Positions 14,823 to 28,149 of a stretch of 64,000 bases of DNA are shown one piece after another. The notes below the pieces were generated by a model. The model was not told the DNA's origin and did not search any database. It was given only the letters and a program-made list of their open reading frames with translations. Position numbers and translations under genes: made by a program. The stretch is from Octopus sinensis (taxonomy: Eukaryota). Where the stretch lies: NCBI RefSeq assembly GCF_006345805.1, contig NC_043015.1, positions 9,672,001-9,736,000 on the forward strand. The letters are read 5' to 3'. The stretch's first letter is position 1, and every line of letters starts with the position of its first letter.

Positions 14823-15272
14823 GAAAGTAAAAAAGGAAAATACGAACACTTACATAGTTTTTGCTATTCATGGTATTATGTTTTACTTATTTGAATATAT
14901 ATTTTTTCTTAAGAAGAAATTTTATGATAAAATTCACGCGTGAATAACTTCACAAGTAGATAAATAAAGGGAGGTAATTGGTTGTCGTTATTATTGTCAT
15001 TTGTTGTGCGTAACGGAAATAACTTTTCAACTTTCCGTAATGGGAGATGAATAATAACGACAACAAATTACCTCCCCTTATCTGTCTACTTGTGTAGTTA
15101 TTCATGCGTGAATCTGATCACACCCAACATCGACAAGATTTCTTCTTAAGAAAAAATATATATTCAAATAAGTAAAACACAATATCATGAATAGCGATAG
15201 CGAAACCGGTCGATATATAAAAAAATTATATTAAAACTATGTAAGTGTGCGCATTTTCCTTTTTTAATTGCT
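14821..15272. repeat. Long imperfect inverted repeat (~200-bp arms) in a (TA)n tract, Penelope-like derived
   Basis: gttttacttatttgaatatatattttttcttaagaagaaat (14880) pairs with atttcttcttaagaaaaaatatatattcaaataagtaaaac (15138). Pairing extends outward to aaaaaaggaaaat/attttcctttttt. Degenerate hammerhead at 15182-15216. Confidence 0.85.
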
Positions 15273-15335
15273 TATATACATTACAAATCACCACGTGAGT
15301 TTAATCGAAATTCCTCTTTTCTGTTACTACTATAT

Positions 15336-15373
<38 letters not shown>

Positions 15374-15523
15374 CCAATTAAGGAATGAACACGAAAAGTG
15401 GACAGTCAACATGCTTCATATAGACGTCAAATCGCCATTCTCCACAAAAGATTATGTTCTCAAATCAAACTCAACACAACCCAAGCAATAAACAAGTGAA
15501 AAATTACTAAATAAAGTACTTAT

Positions 15524-15587
15524 CCATGTACTGATCAGTTTCGGCTATTATTATCCGCAAGGATACCTGTAGCCTTCATCAGCATGG
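15524..15587 (-). ncRNA. Type I hammerhead ribozyme motif (appears intact)
   Basis: Minus strand: ccatg CUGAUGA a ggcta..tagcc GAAA ctgatcag UA catgg. Helix I ccatg/catgg, helix II ggcta/tagcc extended by tatcc/ggata, palindromic helix III, GUA cleavage triplet. Confidence 0.85.
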
Positions 15588-15914
15588 CCCGATATAAATG
15601 CAATTTCCTGGACTAGATGCAAAAACGATACTGGAGTATATTTTAATCTTCGGATTCTTTTTTTAATATGCTAGACCACTGGTTTTAATTGATAAATATT
15701 GATTTCTACCCTTAATTAATTTTATATATATATATATATAAACATCGTGTTGCATCTCGTGAGATGCAGTACGAAGATTTGTAAGTGAACAGGACGCGGT
15801 CTAAAAGTGACGAAATTATTTTGACAAATAAATCTAAATGTTGAAGTGAATCTAACGGTTTTGTGTGTTTCTTAAATGGCTTACAAACACCTTCCACGCT
15901 ACAATTGTTATATA

Positions 15915-15962
<48 letters not shown>

Positions 15963-16015
15963 TACGCATAAATATATTATATAGATATACAATATTTATG
16001 CACATATATGTATAT

Positions 16016-16083
<68 letters not shown>

Positions 16084-19000
16084 ATAGAGTCAGAAAAAGA
16101 TAGAGATAATATGTATGTTCAAATACGAGTACATAGATAAACATATTTATAGGCAGACACTCATACCGGGAGAAAGAAAGAGAGAGAGAGAGAGAGGGAG
16201 AAGGTGACAGAGAGGAAGATGTCTATTCTCTAAATTTACCTGAACTGGCATTTTCGGTATTCAACAGAAGGAAGTGAAATTACTCACGTTATTATATTTT
16301 TCATTGACGCTTTCTAAAGCAACATTTTTATATGTAACAATATGAATAAGCGTAAACACTTATCGCTTTTCTCCCTTTTACTTGAAGCAAATAGCCAACT
16401 CTCTCTTTCTCTCTAACTTGGTTATCTCTATTTGTATTCCTTCAAGCTGTGTGTCTCGTATATGTTTTATCATTATCAGTATACCTGTGTAAACACTGAC
16501 ATCAGCACATATACAAGTATTTACGTACATGAACACACACAAACTATATTTCCGTTTTTCACTCTTTTACCTCTTTGTGTACACATACATATATTTGCAT
16601 GTATATACTTACATAACTACATATATAAGTTTATGAGATTGTCTGCAGGTGTGCTTGAGTGTGTGTACTCGTGCGTGTTTTTTTGTGTGTGTGCTTATAG
16701 TATTTGTTTGTATTGTAATGTTGAACTTGTTCGTACACTTCTGATATTTGCCTCGCTGATTTCTAAAAATGTTTCAGCGTGTCAGAATGACACTAGAATA
16801 TATATCTTTCTAAAAATCTAGCGTTAATCGGATGTGAAGTCTACACCTAAATATAGTAACATGTACATCACAAAACTTCAGTAAATTTATCGCTACGTGA
16901 ATTATATATAGTACACTGCTATACCATATATATTCTTTATAAGTATAGGAATACATCTTAACAGTTTTAGAAACAATTGCCTATTGCAGCTTTTAGTAAT
17001 ATAATGATAATGCTTCCGTGAGTGTTTCTACATTTGTGCTTTGCAATATAGAGCATTCTTTGCATACGTAGTTCATAATATTGAATCATATAGGTATATT
17101 AGTCATTATTATTTAAATCGTGCTGTGTGGACAGACTTTCCGTCAACTTCCGTCTGGCGATAGCAATCTTTTCAGGATTTTACCAAAGCTTCCACCCTTA
17201 AAATGTTTTCTTGCAACACAATGTTATTATACATTTATCTTTCTTTTGGGGGCATGTCGTTGCAAATATTTATCCCTGAGTATTCGATGCAGATCATAGT
17301 AGGAAAAACGAGCAGTTGTAATCAGTGACGTCTCTTACAAATATTTCGCTTTACGATTTGTTGAAGTCTACTTCTTTGCTCTCAAATTTAATTCGTATCA
17401 CACAACTCGCTCCGCCTACATAATGCAGGATTTCAGGCGTGTATCTGTACTTCGCGAAGCCTCCATGTTTTTTGTTATCTTTCATGATAGTCAATGATAT
17501 ATTGCTAATGTAGTTACAAACACAAAATATCCCGCACAGATTGGAATTATTGCACCACTAGCATCTATCTTACACTGTACGTCCCACATAATATGTGCAT
17601 CTTCTGTCATGTGTCATTTACGTCTCGTATTCCTAAGATAAGGATATTATCAAATCCGATAATTTTATAATAACACGGTGTTTTCTCATTACTGTGTTAT
17701 CATTAGAGCACTCAAATGAATCTTCTTAATATAATTGCACCGCTATTTATTTGTACCATTTCGAAATGCGTGATTTAGTTGGGTTTTTTTCCCCAAAAAA
17801 TATACGTAATAATGATGTACACCCTTTTTTGCTATGCCTCATATCTTCGACTTTTCTGGAATGGTTTTAGTACAATCTCGTACCGTAATATTCAGGCAAG
17901 CATATTCAGTAAATGTTTGACTAATTTCTACTTGAATAAGCTTCGAAATTAGACATATGGCTATCCGCACTATCATTCTGGCCGCCTAAAAACAAAGCTT
18001 ACTCTACTCTCAAGAGTAAGAAATAAGCACAAAATGTCTCACGTTGCGTTCTACTGATCAGTCCTTTCTTATGCTACTCATATCAGGATTTCTACTCCTA
18101 ATGCTTTGGTCATACCCTTCTCCTCTTCCTTTTGACAATCTTTTATGGAAGAATGCTCACGTATTTCTAATAATCTGGCTCATATACACATACATAGTAG
18201 TGTTGCATTTGTTTCATTCCTTCCAGTTTTCTTTTTGCACAGTAATTTGTTTTCATTTTACTCGCCTCTAGGGACGTCACAATTTTGTTCGGTTCATTTG
18301 CTTTCGACACCACAGTTGGGGTGGGGCTGCGTAAATAATTGAATGCACCGAAATACCGTATGCCGTATGTATCTCATCAAATTGAACACTCCCGTCACTG
18401 ATAATAAATTTGACTGAAGCTTTCCATAGCTCAACCACTACCATTTAATGCATACAGAGCATATCGAGAATCAAAAGCATTTTTATTTAGAAAGTTGATG
18501 GCATAATCTTTCCACGTTAAGGCTCTAATTAGGTGTATGCAACTCGCTTCGAATGACAATAATGTTTTTATTATATAGTAATTTTGATAATGACAAAACT
18601 TAATCGTCATGCGCATCACTCTGATTAATGACAGAGGATTTCAATATCCCTGATTGGAATTTCCGTTACATAATTTGTAACTAATACTTTGATGCTTAAA
18701 ACCAAGATATTTAACAAGAGAATCAGTGTTTCATATAAAGGTTTCACAACATTGACGAGACGACGAAATCATTTTCAATTTAGTGTTACCAACCAATACT
18801 ATTGTCTTGCAGAATTACATTGCTGAAGAGACTAGGGGTCAGTTAATCTACATACTACATATGTAGGTTTCCCTACAACTATCCTTAAGGAAATTCACAA
18901 CACTATCATAGATATATTACAAGCGTAACATCATGAGAAGGTGATACTGGATACTCCATTAGAAATGAACAATCGCTTGTTGAATGTCTTTCTACAGATA

Positions 19001-20949
19001 TTTCCTTTGAAGTCATAGTTAGTTGCAAAATTTGTAGGCTATATTCACAAATATATGTTACTAATACTCTCCAACAAAAGCTCGAGAAAAAGCCTAGAAA
19101 TCGAAACAGCGTTGGAGTGAATAAAGGGCCCAGATTCGAACACACCGGCATCCCAGGCAGTATTGCTTGACAAGTTAACCAGATAAATTCTCCATGAAAT
19201 TTCATTTCATATAGTTAATATTTCGGGGATGTAGTAGTTATTGATTATATACGTTTCTGTATGTAAAATACCCAACAGAATTTCAAAAGGAGAGGTAAGC
19301 CCATTATTATATTATAGTGCCAGCATTCCATTGTCTTTCATATCGGTTTAGACGTAACTAGCACTCAGTATACCTGATTTGCGGACATACAAGAGAATAT
19401 GTTACATATATTCATTATATACAAATCGCTAGTATTCGGAAAATATAAATCATGTATTACTATTTTCCTTGAAACGGCAGCTACTGTAGGCCGTTACCTA
19501 AATATGCTGATACACAGACAGCCATATGCATCTATGATAATATGTAAAATATAATATTCAGCTTAGATTTTAGAGTCACTTCCTCTTAAATTCATCATAT
19601 TTCTGTTTCCCCACAATTTAGATAAAATTTTAAAAGTTACAGTTTTCCTAACATCATACAACAGTGCTTGGAATTTGGTCCCCGGTGTTATGTAACAGAT
19701 TTATATCATATTTATAGTGCAAATAGTGGACTGATGCCTTTCATTGATATTCAACATTGTTATTTCGTATTTACAAAATGGGTAAACATTTCTGTCTGCT
19801 ATATTTTCTTGTCTGCTATATTTTCTTGTAGCAAATACGCCAAATCTCTAAGGTATTTTCCCGAATTCTTTGTGCGGTTATTGATATTCTGGATCGCATT
19901 TCCCAAGCTGCTATGCTACAATCAATATTTACTGCTATGGGAAGGAGCTTCTGTAGCATATCATTCCATGTGTAGGTATGTTTATAAATTGTGAAGTAGC
20001 ATCGTACAACCTGCAAGACGGTAAATATATGTCGTTGGTATCCTGTATAGTTCGGGAAATGTAATTGTGCAAATAATTCTATTAATAAGGTGAATGGTAC
20101 TACACCAGTTTCTCTTTAATTATGTGAATTCATGACCAGATCTTAAGCTGCCATGAGTACTTCTATTGTTAACTCATTGCCTTTTCTACATTTCAGTAAG
20201 GTTTACTCGAGTGATATGGAGCAAAATTTAGGGTCTCGCGTCTGCAAACCGTTTGCTCATATATACTTTCAACCCCACTTTGAAGGTAATTAAGTCAATA
20301 TACTTACGCCACTGAATTATGGTGTAGTGTTGTTTATTAATAAGTTTTCAAACTCAATTTGAGGATGGTTTTGATTGCTCAGTATTCTACACAAACATTA
20401 AGAATATGTCTAGCACTGGAAGTAAACTACGGGGTTGACTACGAAATATGAGAGTATATTCTAACAAACTTTCTTTACACAATTATGTTAGTATATCATA
20501 AATATTAACGTACTGTTATTCTACAGAATATTACCCAGAAGAGATTTACGCTATCAAGAAAAGATTGTAAATGACAAAATTATTTGTACACCACAAATTT
20601 AACATATATACTTCGACTTGCTAGGAAAGAGATTCCAAGATATACACTACAACATTGACCATTAAAAACCGACGGTGTAATTTTCCTCGTCAGTGTGTAA
20701 TTATTGTGGTTCTCTACTACACTGCATTTTTCATAGCATAAGCAGGAGTAGACAGAATATTAATGTAGTATATTGACTTCCATTAATCGGCTTTAGGACA
20801 TATTAACACGCCTATGTGTGTGTGTGTGAGTGTGTGTGTGTATTTATATTTATGTATACATACATACACGCATACAGATACCGAGAGATAGACAGTTACA
20901 TTATGCAAGTTTTAGTTAATTATTTAGCCAGCTAGTTAGTTAGTTAGAT

Positions 20950-21014
20950 AGATACGTTGGTACGTACGTACGTATGTACGTACGAACGTACGTATGTACG
21001 TACGAACGTACGTA
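20950..21014. repeat. (TACG)n self-complementary microsatellite
   Basis: tacgtacgtacgtatgtacgtacgaacgtac..., with a 20-bp higher-order duplication. Confidence 0.9.
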
Positions 21015-24000
21015 ACTGAATACCTAATTATGTGTACATTAGCACATATATTTATGTAAGATTAGTTCCATTATTTAAAAATCTAGCTATTAACAAAATG
21101 GCCGTGTATTAGATAAAAACATCACTAAGTTTATATTTCATATGGTAATGAATGACTGCCAAATTAACGTCCAATATATTCTAATAAATTAATAATATTC
21201 ACACGTATATACAACTATCATCACATTATGAATCATTCATGAAATTCTCTTCAAGTAACAACAAGGATCTGTCAGGAACAATATTTGGATACTTAAAAAT
21301 ACATTTAATCAAACTTAACATTCAAAATATAATCTAAATGATAACTACACTAAAGAGAAAATGAAAGCATTGTGGTGCAGACAAGTAGGCGTAAGGTTTG
21401 ACGAATATAATACGTTATATTCCTTCATTATACATCTTATCTGATATGGATTTTCTATTGTCCGTATGAAAAATTCCAAAATATATTATATCAACAAATC
21501 TCCTGAATATCGTGCCAATATTCTCTGTTGTGATGGACGTGACTCCTTGAATTTTATAAATGGTAATTATCGTATCTTAATGATCATACTTAACTTAATT
21601 ATGCATGCCATCGGTATCATTGTACTTATAGTAAAATATCCTTGACGCTTACATTTAAATAAAAGGTGTTTCGATTTAGTGTTGGTATACATGCTACTTC
21701 TCTGACACAACTCTTCATTCGTTCAACTAGTTATTTCTATAAGCGAACTCATTAAGGAAAATAATGTAAAATATATGCATCGTGGACAATTTGAGATCGT
21801 ACGTTAAGTACGCACCAATTTTCATGAATCATATAAAAGGTTGTATGTTAATTGCTATGGTTTAATAACTTTATATCACACGCATACTTAAAGATTCACA
21901 CATTCACACACACACATACACTAACACACACATACATATGTGTGTGTATTTTATGTATGTATGTAAAAGGAGAGAGAAAGAGAGAGAGAAAGAATGTGTA
22001 AGAGAACGCCATCTCGCTTATATTCATGGTATAAAATGCATTTCATTGGGCAAATTTTGTTTAGCATTATTTGCTGACACATAACCTTATTCAATATTTC
22101 TTGGTGGTTACTACTTACTTCCACGTTTTACTGGTGTCAGAGAAATTGTGCTTGAGTAATTCTACTGATAATGAATATGAATGTGGTAAATATATTGTGT
22201 AGGTACTCAGCTGTTATCCATTCTCGGTTTGCAATACCCTAACTGGAATCAAATGTGTATAATTTTAAAATTTACAATGAATAATGGGTGAGAGTACCAG
22301 TGGCATATTTCATACTCTTTCAAAATTGAAAACCTTGGATTTCTTAGAATTCAAATATATGAAAACTAATGTGACATCGCAGTTAATAGATAATGGTTGC
22401 AAATTGCAGAGTTGCTTATGCGCTGAAAACAAGTCTGTGGTTCATGACTTATCTCTACTCCTATATAATTGGAACTAGCTTCTAAGTCAGATAGTAAGGG
22501 TATTGTAATTATAAGGATATTGATATGATTAGCATTCAAACAACGTATGTATATTCACAGTTAGATCTTACATGGTGTTATAATCTATTTGATATTACAT
22601 TTCAGTTACCATTATATTTTCCGTGATATTATATTTTAGATCAGTGTATAATAAAGGAGACATGAGAGAGAGGAGGAAAACAAAGAGAGAGAGAGAGGGA
22701 GAGAGAGAGAAAGAGATTGAGAGGGAATCGAATAAACAGAATACTCAATTCTTTAGAAGGAAACTAAATTTCTATAATCATACATAAAGAAATTATACTT
22801 GAATAACAAATGACAGATGTGGTATTATTTCCGGGAGATTGTCTGACACATTAGTACGACTCGGGGCAGTATTTCTTTCATCGTTTTCAATACTATATGT
22901 CAATAATATAATAACAATTATGAAACAAAACGAACAAACACAATTATGGATATTCATGTTCACTGATTGAAATTTGTATGTAGTAAATACTACCAAAACA
23001 ATGCTGTTTGAAACAATATGGTACAAGATATGAAAGTGAAAACAGCGAGTGGTGTGATTTCAAACACGTATGCTATTCTTATAATTAAATTGAGAAGGGA
23101 CATGTTTATGAGGGATATTATGTTCGCTCACTGAAATATAAAGGATAGTCTTTAGTGAAATTCTGAGCAGAAAATAATCTTCCTTTCTGTCTTGTGCTAC
23201 CATCTGCATTAAACCTCATTTACATATACTAATTTTCGCACAGCTGTTCTTATTCAATATTGCCCGACAACTGAACAGGTTCTCCTGTCGAGCAGTTTTG
23301 TATATGGAGCTATTGCTTATATCATATATGTCAACCTGTAATTATACAAGTTACACAAATACATATTTCGTGGATTATTTGTTACGGTTATTTCTACAGA
23401 TTTTCTATAGAAATCATACCCAGCACTGATTTTTGCTAATGCGTTTCTTACACAAGACGTCAGATGTAAACAAGTAACAAGATCGAAGATGTAAAATGGC
23501 TAATGGGGGTACATGCCTTATTTCGTGGGGTTCTGCTACTTCATCAGTACCCGCCCGATGTAAGATATTATATATACACCTAGTATATTATGGTTGCATA
23601 GCGAAATACTACGTGTTTTGCATTTGACTGCTCCATGACCCCTGAATTCGAGGATACATTTTGAATCTGACGGTGGTGTTACCTCAATTCGAGAACTTTA
23701 GATTATTTAATTTTATGTTTATTGCGATATTATTTAAAACAACTTTTATCCGAGTAGCTCTGGAAAATGATGCGATAGCAGCCATAGTCTCAGTCCCAGC
23801 TACTGTATGTTGCTACTATGATGTTTGCGCTTTTACATTTCTCATAGACAGGAATCACACGCTTAAAATACTTATTACTCTTGTTCTATACTACGAATCA
23901 AATTGGTATGAGACACACTCACACAAATCGTATAGCTACTTATATATGTGGTGATATTCTGAGCACATCAAGTCCTGGAAATATAACTGTAAAATTCCTT

Positions 24001-24156
24001 TGTGTGTCACATCTGTACTAAGCATATTTCAAAATATAATAAAATATTAACCGCCTGGCAGCATTTTAGGCTTCAGTTTAGTGCAATATCTCTGACCGCA
24101 ATTCTGAAGGTCTTTAACACCAGCACATGGACATCCGAGCTGTAGATAAAACTTAC

Positions 24157-24730
24157 GTGTCTTGTGTATTCACGCGACGTCGTCTGTTCCACACAGACTG
24201 TCCGTCTCAATGCAGCACGCGCAATGGCATTCCTAAGCAAGGACTTTGTCCACACTTTTAAAGGCATACAATTACAGTTTGCGGTGATAATAATATATTG
24301 TATTTCCTTCCTCGATATTCCATTGAAAAATTACTTGAGGAAAAAGGCAATACATTTCATGGTATGTCTGGTAGACATTCTTCTCTTTATATTTCTTCCA
24401 GCTGGTTTGCTTTCACGTACTCAATTATGAGACAATGTCAGCAATTACGTTACGGCATTCATTTCGTTAGGATTCATTTCAACGTTCATACTGCATTCAA
24501 GTTTTAGTTTTTTTTAACTCTCATTTAATGTTTTCAAAACTAATCGTTTCTGTGTCTTCTTTTGTAAACTTTTAAGTTTCTAAGCTCGGAGCACTGTCTG
24601 TGCGTTTCATTCTTTTTTTATCGTTTGAAAATAACTTGAAAGCACTTTATATTTTTTTTTACGTTGCCACTACCATAACTGTGCTGAACGTTTCTTCCTT
24701 CTACTTATGAGGCGGCCATCTTGCTATGCT
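24157..24730 (-). promoter_or_regulatory. Candidate promoter and first exon of a minus-strand gene
   Basis: YY1-type motif CAAGATGGCCGCC at 24711-24723 (minus), a CpG-richer unique block, and a strong donor CAC|gtaagt at ~24156. No downstream coding exon was identified with confidence. Confidence 0.3.
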
Positions 24731-25039
24731 TGTAAATAATTCAGCTTTTTTTCTTTAAAAAATGTGTAATATTTAGAATATCTAAAGACCAAAGTTTCCT
24801 CTGGCATAGATAACACGGAATATATTCAAATGCTCCGGAGATCTTTGATAGTTGATACAAAATAAAAAGAGAGAACAGACGGAAATTCTGGATAAGAATA
24901 TTTTCTGCATACAATTCTGTGAAGCCTAACTTTTCACAGTTAACTGTGAACAACAACAGAAATAAGAATTGATGTTATTATTGCTTCTTGATTAAATACT
25001 GTGGACCGACATCTACAGCTTTGCGCTGAAGAACAACCC

Positions 25040-25130
25040 TTGGGCACGCCGTCTGGGCGGCTTATGGATTCGAATCTTACGGATGTTAAACTTCCCTTTC
25101 CTTCCACTGGGCTCAATAAAGAAAAGTCTT
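25040..25130 (+). mobile_element. Highly diverged SINE family A remnant
   Basis: gattcgaatcttacggatgttaaacttccctttccttccactgggctcaataaa aligns loosely to the family A B-box and core. Confidence 0.4.
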
Positions 25131-26339
25131 TTGGAATACGGAAGTCGATGTAATGAACCCCTTGTTTCCGCAAATATCAAGCGTAATATTAATATTGGTG
25201 TTGTTATTGTTGTTGTAATCATTATTTTTTTCCTATTATTATCGGAAAGTCAGCTTTTGTTACCATGCGTATTAACACATCAGCGGTAGCAATAATATTT
25301 CCTTTTACGTAAGCAAACGCACCACTTAACGCTGTACAGTATTTGGCTAATTAACAAGTATAACTCGAGAATAAATCGTTTATTTTAGAATATATTTGTT
25401 ATCAATATTTCCTGGAATATAAACCATGGATGGAATAAAGTGTAAAAAAGTAGGCAATAAATCTTGTTTATCAGCTTATAAGCATTTAATTGTATTTTAT
25501 ATCGGTTTCTTACCAACGAAGAGAGATACGAGCCATAGTGACAAATACTCACACCCATTAATTCAACAGCATTCAATGTGACAAAATGAATTGAAGTAAA
25601 CGAAATCTTAGTTAATTATAGAGCAATACGTAAACATTTCAGTGAGGAAATGCGCCTTGACTCACAGATGATATATTGGCAGGAAAATGAACAGAATTTA
25701 TCATTCAGGAGCAAAACTAATGACACTAACATCTACAATGTTGACGCAAACATATTTTGCTACGCGGAAATAATTTGGAGTTTTAATCTTAGCCTCAAAT
25801 GTTAATCATAGGCTGGTAGACTATGTGACAGTGATTACATCATTCTGCATCAAAATCATGAGCCTTTTCTGAAACGTACAATGTAACACCATTTCAGAAA
25901 AAAAAAGTAACTTATCTATGCTTACATTTCTAAATATGGAAAAGCTGGTAACTTCCCTATTTTTCTAGTCATTAAACAATGTCCAAAAAGAGGATTACTG
26001 TCACAGGGATGAAGTTATGCAACGAAACGATTATATATTTGTGCTCCATATTAAGTATATGGGGAAGGACATTTGAACTGCCGTACAAGGCAGGGCCAGG
26101 CTACTTCACTCAAGGAAGCAGTTGTTATTTAAGGCATCTATGCAATATAAGCTAACTATAAATGAAATTATTTCACAAAATCTTTTTTTGTACAACCTTT
26201 ATAATCCTTCGTGTATAAGTTAAATATTTTGTCCCCTAGCTTTTCTGGTTTTGTTTTGCCTGTGTATCATAAATCAAATTAATCTTAGTAGAATTGTTTG
26301 GTGATCGTAAATAGAATGTGGTGTGTTGTGTTTTAGTGC

Positions 26340-26566
26340 GTTACTCTTTACTCTTACACTTTTACTTGTTTCAGTCATTTGACTGCGGCCATGCTGGAGC
26401 ACCGCTTGTAGTCGAGCAACTCGACCCCGGGACTTATTCTTTGTAAGCCCAGTACTTATTATATCGGTCTCTTTTGCCGAACCGATAAGTGACGGGGACA
26501 TAAACCCACCAGCATCGGTTGTCAAGCAATGCTAGGAGGTCAAACACAGACACACAAGCATACACG

Positions 26567-26652
<86 letters not shown>

Positions 26653-26748
26653 CGACGGTCTTCTTTCAGTTTCCGTCTACAAAATCCACTCACAAGGCTT
26701 TGGTCGGCCCGAGGCTATAGTAGACGACACTTGCCAAAGGTGCCACTG
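26340..26748 (-). mobile_element. tRNA-derived SINE family B lacking its 5' head, with internal (TA)n
   Basis: Nearly colinear with 32800-33171. 3' tail gcggtgctccagcatggccgcagtcaaatgactgaaac followed by (AAGAGTA)-like repeats. Confidence 0.9.
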
Positions 26749-26952
26749 TTTGAAAATTCTACAGACTGGCAGTTAGTGGAACACTGGTGTAATATGTTTG
26801 AGTGTAAGTCTATTGCTTATGTTATCTAATTAGGTTGTGGCTGTCTACAAACTATTCTGAGTACTGTGCTGCTAATTCTGTAGTGTGGGAACCGTATGTG
26901 GTGTCCGTGCTGTATTATTGTCTGGTCATACTTAAAACTGCTTGCCGTGTGT

Positions 26953-26983
<31 letters not shown>

Positions 26984-28149
26984 TATATATATATTTTGTC
27001 ATTACTTAACACCGTATGAGTTTTAAATGCTTCGTTGTTCAGAATTTAAAAAAGACAATGTAGCATTATATATTTTCTCAGCCCATTTTCCAGATGTCGC
27101 AATGACTGGATATTGTATATTTATGGTAACTAGTATAAATTATGTCGATCCTAACGTTATATAAAATGCTACGGGAAAACGCGATGAAGTAGAAGTTAAA
27201 AATACAGAGTCAAATATTCCATTCATTTTTACAGCCGAGAGGGTTCTTCCTTTGTTTCACAATAGTAGTTACGAGATTAAACAAATACGACAGCAACAAC
27301 AACAACAACAACAACAACCAATGTAACACTCTGGTAGTTGCCCTTTGACACTTCTACACGTACCTACAGCATCTAAAATCAAGTACATCTAACAGCTACA
27401 TCACTTATATACGTAAAGCAAACCATATTTCGAGGAAAGCAAGAAAGTCTCTTCTGTCACACCGATGAATACAAATATATTGATAACAGCGCACCGACAA
27501 TAAAGATGTAATGTGTGCCAAGCGCGCAAATTTATAGCGGGAATATATGTTTTCTAATATAACATTCACTGATGAATTATAAAACAAATGTTTATATATC
27601 CATCACGTCTTCATTCGAAATGGGAGTAATTACCACAAAAGTGGAGTCAGTACAAATACATTAACAGCAAACAAAGAAAGTGGGTTTACATGGCCGTGTG
27701 GCAGAATCAAATGCAGTTTCGAACAGTATTTCTTAATATCATTCCACACATTGAAAATATAGTGATTGAAATATTGCTTTTTGAATTATATATAAAAACT
27801 GCCGTATTTAATAGAAGTAGAGGCAGAAAGTAACTGGTGCTACACACACAGTTGTACAATCTACCACTAAGGAAAATTTATACAGCAAGCACCTAAGTTT
27901 GAATATAACAGCCGCGTTTTGCACCGAGAGGCTGCAAACAACAGTTAGACCTGTTGTAAGAGCGATGGTAATAAATTGTGCATCTGAAATGAAAACCATA
28001 GCCAGGATGTGATAATGGAGTACAATTACATTTCGAAAATATAGGTTCCCAAATATTCAGTCATGCTTGCAACAACGTGAAGAGAAACGAAACGCATATA
28101 CTCCCATCGGTCTTCTAGAATTGTTGTCAGGGCTCCGACAATTATTGAT

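Noticed and set aside
17130-17470. Possible piggyBac-like transposase remnant
   Set aside because: Only vague similarity, many stops and no termini.
20197-20285. Plus-strand open segment with good splice sites (KVYSSDMEQNLGSRVCKPFAHIYFQPHFE)
   Set aside because: No partner exons or recognisable protein; could be chance.
24940-25289. Overlapping ORFs in a GC-richer patch
   Set aside because: Better explained as a diverged SINE family A remnant.
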